A stretch of DNA of 64,000 nt, from positions 12,173 through 76,172 of the forward strand of contig CAYWYD010000004.1 in the NCBI GenBank assembly GCA_964462425.1, read 5' to 3'. Under the pieces are notes generated by a model that saw only the letters and a list, made by a program, of their open reading frames with translations, searched no databases and was not told the DNA's origin. Made by a program: the position numbers and the translations under genes. Shown here piece by piece: positions 58,301 to 64,000 of this stretch; position 1 is the stretch's first letter; each line of letters starts with the position of its first letter. This stretch comes from an uncultured Thermoplasmata archaeon. GTDB lineage: Archaea; Thermoplasmatota; Thermoplasmata; Halarchaeoplasmatales; Halarchaeoplasmataceae.

Positions 58301-60797
58301 ATGAAACAGTTAAGTCAGCTGGAGAAGAGTCACTTACTTCTATGGTATCCGGATTAGTACCCCAGTTGGTAATTTCCACCGGAAGATGTGTAGTTCCTCC
58401 CGAGGCAAGGCTTTGGGTAGTTGGATAATCCGTAGTAAGATCGACATTATAATCGTCCTGCGGGCCAAAATCCGCAGAGGTTACTAAAGCAAAATCTGCA
58501 TTAGAAGGAATACTATCAGCTTGAACCGTGAGTGTCCATGTGCCTGGTTCAGGATCCTTAATTTCTATCCTTTGCACCGTATTGACCGTGTCTATCGTCG
58601 AACTTCCCGGGGTAGTCCAACCGTTTTGATCATAGTTATCCACTCCTGAATAGTAAGTATTTCCATTCGGTGACTCAGCGTACATGTGAAGTTGCCTGTT
58701 CATCTCCATACCGGAGCTGTCCAACCAGTTGAGCGTAGCCTTGAAGGGCTCGTCGTTAGATGCGATCTCGAGGTTCATCCCTCCATCTGCTGCTGCATCC
58801 CAAGTACCAGTCTGATCAAAAGTCCCTTCAGCGAACTGATTGCTTCTCGGGGCTGATGGGAATAAGGATTTCCTCAGATTGGGCCGGCCCCAACCCTGAG
58901 CGTACCCAGGATACTCATAGAGATCTGGGTCCATCCTCTCGGCACCATTTATCATCGTAGCTTTTACTAAAGGATTAGTCGGATTTTGAATGCCATGCAT
59001 CTCTTTATAATACTCCCGGATCAAAACAGCCATCCCCGCTGCATGGGGTCCTGCCATCGAGGTGCCCTGCATGTACTGATAATCTGGGATCCCATCTGAC
59101 CCTTCTCCCGGTATAGACGTATCATACTCATCTACTTCCGTGATATAAGAGCTCTGATTCTGACCGTCATTGGCTTCATGTTCTCCTCTAGCTAGTGCGG
59201 AAATCATCGCGGTGCCTGTAGTCACCACATCTGGTTTTATCCTGCCATTAGAAAAACTAGGTCCACCTCTACTGCTGAAATCAGCAACATAATCAGGATT
59301 ATCGGCATTGTGATACTCGCCAGGTCTATAATTCTGACTCGCACCTACAGCTATAGTGTTCTTCGCCATCGGCCTGGGCGTCATAGTATGTTCATCGGGT
59401 CCCTCGTTTCCGGCGGAGAACATGATTATATTCTCAGGAGCGCCATTCATAGCACTGCTAGAATAGGGATCCATCCTATCATCTACATCTATCGAATTCG
59501 AGTCATAATCCGCTGGATTTTGCGCTCCCCAACTGTTCTGGAAGACTCTAGCACCGTCGGATTCCTGTCCGTCCCAGTATCCATGACTGGTGGATAACCC
59601 TCCAAAAGAACTAGTACATCCATCGAGAGAGAATTCCACCTCGGGAGCGACACCTGCGGCTTCCCCGTGATGCCATTCCCTAGTTGATGGGTCTAAGCCC
59701 ATATGATTTTTCCAGTTATACTCGTTACCTCCCACAATACCAGCGACATGGGTCCCATGAGCAACACCTGAGTTTTGTCCATCTGGATCTGAAGAACCAG
59801 TCTGGTCCGTGTATCTTATCACCCTATCTCCACCGGAACCTTTAAAGAAATCTGGATTTCCATCGTCTCCATTATAAATCTCACCTTCATCGAAGCCCGT
59901 ATCCTGGATACCGACCACCTCGCCTTCACCAGTCAATTCAACGGGGAGTCCGCTCCAGGAAGGGTACCACCCAGATTGGATCTCATGGATTTCATTAGCT
60001 GCGTTATCCTTGGTTTCGGGATAGCTGTACGGATCTATCCTTCTTACCTCTTCTAATCCAGCTATATCCGGGATCCGTAAAGGATCAACATTCACAATAG
60101 GACCTGTCGAAGTCTCTCTTTCGATGTCTATTCCCATCTTTTTTAGCTTTTCTCCGATCTCATTATCGGCTTCCTGATCCCATCCAGTAATCTTCACTAA
60201 TTCTTTTTCTTCCTCAGAACCGATCAAATCATCAGAAACTTTGTATCCAGAGTAATATGGACCTACCCATTCAACTATATCTAGCTCTTTAACTTGGGAT
60301 TTTGTCTCTTGATCCATACGCACTAACAGAGCATAATTAGCCACCTCTCGTTCTACCGAAGCACCGGTCTCGCTTATCTGTTCTTTCCACTCCATAGATT
60401 TGGCGGGCCCTACAAACTGTACAATATATGCTCCAGTTTTTTCGCTGTATTCCGCTGGTAAATCCGGAGTTCCTTCTCTCCTGTCAAAGGACTCTCTTAT
60501 CGTATCTAAATATATATCGTATCTAGAATCATCAATCCCCTCGCGGTCAGAAATTCTTTTTATATCCTCAGCTCGCCTTTCGGGGACCTCTACGAGATAT
60601 CTCCCATTCTCATAGTCCACTAAGATTTCCGTGTTTTCCTTTATATATTCCACATTTTGTTCATTTCCGACTTCAACAAGTACCTTTGTTTTTTCTCTTT
60701 CATCAATTCCCATCGCAGTAACCGTCAATGTCGAGAAAACCAGTATGGCAACCGCAAATATTGAGACAATAATCTTTCCTTTTAGAATTTCCATCAT
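52359..60797 (-). CDS. Giant membrane-anchored S8 (KP-43-like) serine protease with InlB-B-like and Ig-like repeats
   Basis: Triad motifs QDTG, HGTHVAG, GTSMA plus SAGNEG; Asp-box SSDGGETW; repeats LTI.ST.GG.V..PGE...W.GD; CARDB-like domain; TM and acidic tail. Confidence 0.92.
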   Translation of the reverse strand: MMEILKGKIIVSIFAVAILVFSTLTVTAMGIDEREKTKVLVEVGNEQNVEYIKENTEILVDYENGRYLVEVPERRAEDIKRISDREGIDDSRYDIYLDTIRESFDRREGTPDLPAEYSEKTGAYIVQFVGPAKSMEWKEQISETGASVEREVANYALLVRMDQETKSQVKELDIVEWVGPYYSGYKVSDDLIGSEEEKELVKITGWDQEADNEIGEKLKKMGIDIERETSTGPIVNVDPLRIPDIAGLEEVRRIDPYSYPETKDNAANEIHEIQSGWYPSWSGLPVELTGEGEVVGIQDTGFDEGEIYNGDDGNPDFFKGSGGDRVIRYTDQTGSSDPDGQNSGVAHGTHVAGIVGGNEYNWKNHMGLDPSTREWHHGEAAGVAPEVEFSLDGCTSSFGGLSTSHGYWDGQESDGARVFQNSWGAQNPADYDSNSIDVDDRMDPYSSSAMNGAPENIIMFSAGNEGPDEHTMTPRPMAKNTIAVGASQNYRPGEYHNADNPDYVADFSSRGGPSFSNGRIKPDVVTTGTAMISALARGEHEANDGQNQSSYITEVDEYDTSIPGEGSDGIPDYQYMQGTSMAGPHAAGMAVLIREYYKEMHGIQNPTNPLVKATMINGAERMDPDLYEYPGYAQGWGRPNLRKSLFPSAPRSNQFAEGTFDQTGTWDAAADGGMNLEIASNDEPFKATLNWLDSSGMEMNRQLHMYAESPNGNTYYSGVDNYDQNGWTTPGSSTIDTVNTVQRIEIKDPEPGTWTLTVQADSIPSNADFALVTSADFGPQDDYNVDLTTDYPTTQSLASGGTTHLPVEITNWGTNPDTIEVSDSSPADLTVSYSPQSSFSLESTEKANTDVMITANTGLAEQVIEFEITAVSQDDPSSPSASDTIQMTIQILTEPLPERKKLAESDADEMFPEIITFADSGGTNWIFAAYQMVTPDGKQVRVKYSELDTNGEPIQWQGPFNPMSTNPTVDPNYVQLQHIDSGTYQDRVVVYWNGQTPGSGGDEYEAKAAWADTGAYDTWNGPVQIDNNYGTDTVNMKRGSYMLFRDDGTADGELTYVFEHLDMDSSGKASNIGIAYVTSSDGGETWNSANDVPGADGSSGYFYFFPNGVTDQNDVNWHFFYYRDSSGNQRMVVTMLQDNDGWSSEVKVAGDLTGDPVDNHQFPMAAHYNNSGTNEVYMSCIYDNAGDFNDLTTSYVTGDYSSTNPPAESDFTSYDNVAGKAVSQEDMSGADILGKTAGNDGWIWTSYLETDTPFDVPNINVARSNDKYSSVTVDYVTRDNYRKLNPNMASQTIDGTSYAYVAYHSSQGTTRDVDHEVFLSILHSDWKSEPDTQGPDTSHVSSNPNPVNMSTDNNFNLTASIDDTMTGRSGIQTAEYVETDTTVTDPSTIDWSQASGMTISGSSSTEIAEAESLTVPDHWATGGTYRYWVRGQDSAGNWGTESADHIDIEVTGETVQETYNLTVNSTAGGSVSTPGEDTFEYTSGKVVDLEARPDEGYYFVEWTGDNNTIGDTTSNQTTITMNDNYSITAEFTDINYTLTIDSTVGGNVTTPGEDTFEYGAGQVVDLEARPDEGYYFVEWTGDNNTIGDTTSNQTTITMNDNYSIMANFGTTDVSNVLIYPDTDQLIEAGKELEFDAEAYDGSGNLITDNPEDFNWQNADIGVFYETVAGDYDVTATYQGVTSSVVTVTVEPADAEDIEVSPQTASITAGATQGYTATAYDKWDNGFDVTGGTTWSDNVEPTDRSSWTDNVTTVEEAGEWNITGEYENATGVIFTDNASLTVEPGAVDTVSIYPEADQVVYAGEELLFDAEAKDTYGNLITDNVDDFGWENATQGVFYETTAGDYNVTATYDGMTSPITTVTVISYTLTIDSTGGGNVAVPGEGTFSYIPGEVVDLEAIPDDGYHFVNWTGDTGTIVDKESNQTSIEMQDNYSITAEFAETDYTLTIDSTGGGNVAVPGEGTFGYQDGEIVNLEAVADPDYHFVEWTGDTGTIGSTESNQTDIEMLDNYSITAGFEITTYNLTVSSTDGGSVSEPGEDTFEYNSGEIVDLEAVAAQDYYFVEWTGDNETIDDTTANQTTIRIEGEYSITADFDTTNVAEVLIYPDTDQTIEAGKELQFNAEAYDQDDELITDDVAAFDWENATAGVFSRGTVGDYEVTATYEGLTSDPTTVIVEPSEAESIEIEPNEVSILPGNSISYTATAYDTYNNDFEVTGEVDWSIEAGAGGSWNENTYTSENEGNWTVNGTYTSNGTTLTDEALLTVEAADIDHIEISPQESNLTAGSSQEYTATAYDVENSEYEITGDTVWSIESGAGGSWNDNVYTSENVGEWTVTGTYTYEGEDFTDEATLTVESEQPEEYTLTINIEGEGTTEPSEGMHNYQEGEEVNITAMAGEGWYFVEWTGDYEGTENEIAVTMNSDKNVTAHFGEESSVVKYELTINSAEGGEVVVPGERTFEYNSSEVVDLEALADEGYEFSEWIGDVENIDDTGANETTITMEGNYTITAEFEEVGTEYELVINAEEGGSTDPTPDTYTHPMGEEVTIEAVPDLDWQFSHWVGDYPEDGEEDPEITITLDSDKEVTAHFEEEPASAYFSVEITNYEDEVKKGEEVSLEYKVTNTGGVEDTQQIVFYVDGVSVDSVALTLGPGEEKQDKFTWEPQAEGEYELEVASDDDQSDAVQVTTLADDDGAGGVMSVLCGYWWLILILIIAAIIVLVLVLLRREKDEGPADEQMEGLYEEPPPPSDEGEQTFDQGPQEEEFTEEPTEDYSEDYGEVGPEEKPYEEQFVEEEEPVDQEVLDEELDEEFKERFGEEE
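54911..55205. repeat. Near-identical ~60-bp intragenic direct repeat
   Basis: AAGGTCCCTTCTCCCGGTACCGCAACGTTACCTCCTCCCGTCGAATCAATCGTCAAAGTGTAA at ~54913 and ~55144. Confidence 0.85.
55981..56430. repeat. Tandem 231-bp coding repeat (InlB-B-like module); related copy at ~61750-61940
   Basis: Copies start at 55981 and 56212 with a near-identical core, e.g. TCCATTCAACGAAATAATAACCTTC in all three copies. Confidence 0.85.
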
Positions 60798-60813
60798 TTT
60801 TTTGTCCTCCTAA

Positions 60814-63800
60814 TTAAAATAAAGAAAGGGATTTGGTTGTAGCCAAAGTTTTATCTGCCACATTCCTTACTTTTCCAATCTCACTAAGTCCTCCTTCGCC
60901 CTCGGGAATAACACTCTTTTCTGTCACTAGCCCTGTATCGTCTAACTCAGCTGATCGCTTTTTTGCCTGTACTTCTTCTACGATGACAGTCGTCGAAGAA
61001 CTCACGCCATTATAAGTTGCACTAACGGTGTATTCATCGGGTGTGTCGTAGTAGAAAACGCCTCTAGTGGCGTTCTCCCATTCGAACTCTTCCACATTAT
61101 CGGCTATGATATTGCCGAGAGTATCATAGGCTACAGCGGAGAATTCGATCTTCTCGCCGGAAGTTATGGTTTGATCTGCGGAAGGTGTCAGTTCAACTGT
61201 ATCTATAGTAGCGGGGTTGACCGTCAATAAACTCGTATCTGTCATTCCATTGTAATCTCCTGAAACGGTCCAATCACCTGTTATTTCAGAAGTATAGTCA
61301 CTCCCAGTCCAGCTACCTCCTGCTCCGTTTTCTATAGTCCAGGTCGTATCGCCTGTCATGTCTCCGATCTCGTTCTTGTATTTGTCGTAGGCTACTGCAG
61401 TGTAGGTCACGCTGTTCCCAGCCGTTACTGTTTCTTTCTCAGGACTAATCTCTATCCGATTCGCCTCTCCAGGTTCTACGGTTACTCCTGTTGGGGCCGA
61501 GGTAACGCTCTGATAAGTAGCTGTAACTTCGTAATCTCCTGCTTTTCGGCGGTTGAACACACCTCTCGTCGCGCTTTGCCAATTGAAATCGATCCTATCG
61601 TCCGTTATCAAGTTACCTCCTTGGTCGTATGCCGCTGCAGAAAACACTAGGTCGTTCCCAGCTTTTACTGTCTGATCTTGAGAGGGGGTTATTTCAACGT
61701 TGTCCACTTCTATAGTGGCAAACTCTGCAGTTATCGTATAATTTCCCTGCATCGTTATCGTAGTCTGGTTAGCCGTCGTATCATCTATCGTATTATTGTC
61801 GCCCATCCATTCAACGAAATAATAACCTTCTTCGGACCTCGCATCGAGGTCTACCATCTCACCAGAAGTGTACTCAAATGTGGCCTCGCCGGGCGTCGTC
61901 ACGTTACCTCCAGCGGTCGAATCAATAGTGAGTGTATAATTTTGTGTTCCTGACTCCGTAGTGAACGACCATGTAGCTGATGTGGTAGTCAAACTTCCGT
62001 CGTCTGCCACCACGTACCAATCGTAGGTAGTATTTGTAGCTAGTCCCGGCCACGTAACCGATGTAGTACCGTTCGTCACTCCGGTGTTCTGTCCTATCTG
62101 ACTACCATCTGAATCATCGTAGAATGTCACTGTCATGGAGTCACCGTCGGGATCTGAAACATCTACGCTCAGCGTCGGATCAGTGCTTATACCCGTCGCT
62201 CCACCCCCTGGGGATGGATTCGTCGGTTCTGCCGGCGCGGAGTTATTCGATTCACCGGGCTCAGGGACCGCATTGGTATTGCCGTCCTCATTACCTATAT
62301 CATCTTCCGCCCTTACAACGTACCACCATCTAATTCCGTCCGGTTCACCTTTATCTTGATCCCGGTAACTGTTAGTGCCCGCCGAGACACTGGTTAAATA
62401 ATTGCTACTATCCCAGGGTCCTGTTTCACTATCTGACCTATAAATATTATACTGAACTACGTCGTTCTCTCCGGCTCCGTCATCAGGGGATAAAGTCCAA
62501 TTCACTAAGTTGTCTTCCGTTCCATTCACGGCCGTGCCTTCAAGGAAGGCGTTATCCACGTACCAATCATTTAAGTCGTATGCATATCCATCAACCGTGA
62601 AACTAACGTAGAATGTGTCGGAACCCATATCAGTAGTTTCTATAGTGACTTCCTCCGTAGTTGGTCCTAGATTTCCATCGCCTGAAGTGTGGGACCACGA
62701 AGTATCATGCCAATTTGTTCCATCTGAGCTTGTCTGTATCTTTATAGTCACCGTATCCGTAGAACTCCCATAATCGTCATAATAATTGTCCCACTGGAAG
62801 TCAAGAGAATCCATACCGGTTGTATCGACTGGACCCCCATATAACCTCCATGTATCTGTACTATCTACGTAATCGAATCGTGCTTCTGGGGATGTCCCGC
62901 CAGCATTATTTGTACTGGATTGCTGCCACTGGCTTCCAGATTGAGACCAATTGGTTGGTGGGAACCCTCCATCAAAACTCTGATTGAGGAAAACTTGATT
63001 CTGGAGTCCAGACCACTCTACGTTAAGATCCGACGGACTAGCCACGCTACCGTCTACACTTGCAGTATCTGTCTTCGTAGCCGAAGAACCATCACCTATA
63101 TCCGCATCATCATAATAGGCGGTGATCGTATCTCCATCAGAAACCTGAAGGACTCCAGTGCTGTCCGTGGCTGATATATCTATTGAACCCTCGAAGATCC
63201 CATCATCCGTCTCTGTCAAAGTTACAGTTTCTCCTGAAGTTTCTGTATCACTGTCTACATCGATATCGAGACTCCCGCTTCCAGTGAGATCACCATCCTT
63301 GACAGTTAAATTAACATTATCTTCACTACTATAAGTGTCCTTTCCTATAGAAATAGTCCCGTTCGAAGGAGCCCTATTCACTCCGCCGCTTACAGTTAAA
63401 GCGAAGGGCTGAGTACTCTCGGGCACTTGGTGAGCACTCACCGTCAGCTCATAATTACCTTCTTGGATTCCATTTTGATTTGGTAAAAGTAAAATATCTT
63501 CTTCAACGTTCAATCCGTCAAACTCAGCAGTCCTCTGCCCGCTCCACGGATTGTCAGTCGGATTAGGCTCAGAATAACCCGGATTGTTTCCCGTGAACGC
63601 GTTCCCTACATACCTCGTACCATCTGGAGCCTCCAATTCAAGATCAAGATCATTGACTATCGCGGGATCACTCGAATCGGATCCTGAAGAACCCGGATAA
63701 TCGGTCCAGGCTAAAGTCACTTCCAATTCCTGAGTCGGATCATCTACGCCGAACTTCATGCTCCAACTTTCACCGGTATCGAGTTCACGGCTTTCGTTCC

Positions 63801-64000
63801 ATGAATCATAAGCTATCAGGTCTCTCGCATCTCCATCAAAATTTAGAACTCTGTCCAATTTGCTCCTGCCATAGCCTTGATCTCCATTAGGGAACCTATT
63901 ATCGTTATTATAAGCTCCACTCCCGGTTATTTCCACAGCACCATTGATTATTGTTGATCTAACAAGAGCATTACTCGGGTTGAAACCGTCCGCATCGGTC
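60814..64000 (-). CDS. Second KP-43-like S8 protease, 5' part beyond window
   Basis: Frame is open to the window edge: FNPSNALVRSTIINGA..QGYGR, VTLAWTD, VNDLDL; followed by FnIII-like and shared repeat modules; no C-terminal TM. Confidence 0.85.
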   Translation of the reverse strand, partial: TDADGFNPSNALVRSTIINGAVEITGSGAYNNDNRFPNGDQGYGRSKLDRVLNFDGDARDLIAYDSWNESRELDTGESWSMKFGVDDPTQELEVTLAWTDYPGSSGSDSSDPAIVNDLDLELEAPDGTRYVGNAFTGNNPGYSEPNPTDNPWSGQRTAEFDGLNVEEDILLLPNQNGIQEGNYELTVSAHQVPESTQPFALTVSGGVNRAPSNGTISIGKDTYSSEDNVNLTVKDGDLTGSGSLDIDVDSDTETSGETVTLTETDDGIFEGSIDISATDSTGVLQVSDGDTITAYYDDADIGDGSSATKTDTASVDGSVASPSDLNVEWSGLQNQVFLNQSFDGGFPPTNWSQSGSQWQQSSTNNAGGTSPEARFDYVDSTDTWRLYGGPVDTTGMDSLDFQWDNYYDDYGSSTDTVTIKIQTSSDGTNWHDTSWSHTSGDGNLGPTTEEVTIETTDMGSDTFYVSFTVDGYAYDLNDWYVDNAFLEGTAVNGTEDNLVNWTLSPDDGAGENDVVQYNIYRSDSETGPWDSSNYLTSVSAGTNSYRDQDKGEPDGIRWWYVVRAEDDIGNEDGNTNAVPEPGESNNSAPAEPTNPSPGGGATGISTDPTLSVDVSDPDGDSMTVTFYDDSDGSQIGQNTGVTNGTTSVTWPGLATNTTYDWYVVADDGSLTTTSATWSFTTESGTQNYTLTIDSTAGGNVTTPGEATFEYTSGEMVDLDARSEEGYYFVEWMGDNNTIDDTTANQTTITMQGNYTITAEFATIEVDNVEITPSQDQTVKAGNDLVFSAAAYDQGGNLITDDRIDFNWQSATRGVFNRRKAGDYEVTATYQSVTSAPTGVTVEPGEANRIEISPEKETVTAGNSVTYTAVAYDKYKNEIGDMTGDTTWTIENGAGGSWTGSDYTSEITGDWTVSGDYNGMTDTSLLTVNPATIDTVELTPSADQTITSGEKIEFSAVAYDTLGNIIADNVEEFEWENATRGVFYYDTPDEYTVSATYNGVSSSTTVIVEEVQAKKRSAELDDTGLVTEKSVIPEGEGGLSEIGKVRNVADKTLATTKSLSLF

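Overview
Archaeal chromosomal segment. Evidence: archaeal initiator tRNA-Met, TATA/BRE promoters, pantoate kinase, Hef, and DUF357/DUF2240-like genes. The very Glu/Asp-rich proteins and gene content suggest a halophilic Thermoplasmatota-like lineage (inference). 1-26 kb is mostly housekeeping: hsp20-regulator-hsp20, HD dNTPase, HerA, CoA synthesis, csp, an ABC exporter, ALDH, an acetyl-CoA locus with a PhaE/phasin-like gene, and tRNA-iMet. 26.5-34 kb holds mutL, mutS, an inserted AbiE type IV TA pair and a Hef helicase. 34-64 kb is a cell-surface island: secreted proteins with a wHTH regulator, then two tandem giant KP-43-type subtilisins upstream of a tightly coupled four-gene operon. That operon encodes a ~2500-aa Ig-repeat surface protein with an RNAP alpha-CTD-like cytoplasmic tail, a secreted vWA/polyproline protein, a polytopic membrane Cdc48-like double-AAA ATPase with an ectodomain, and a small membrane protein. 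It is the best candidate here for an undescribed system. All family calls are from motif recognition by eye; no searches were run.
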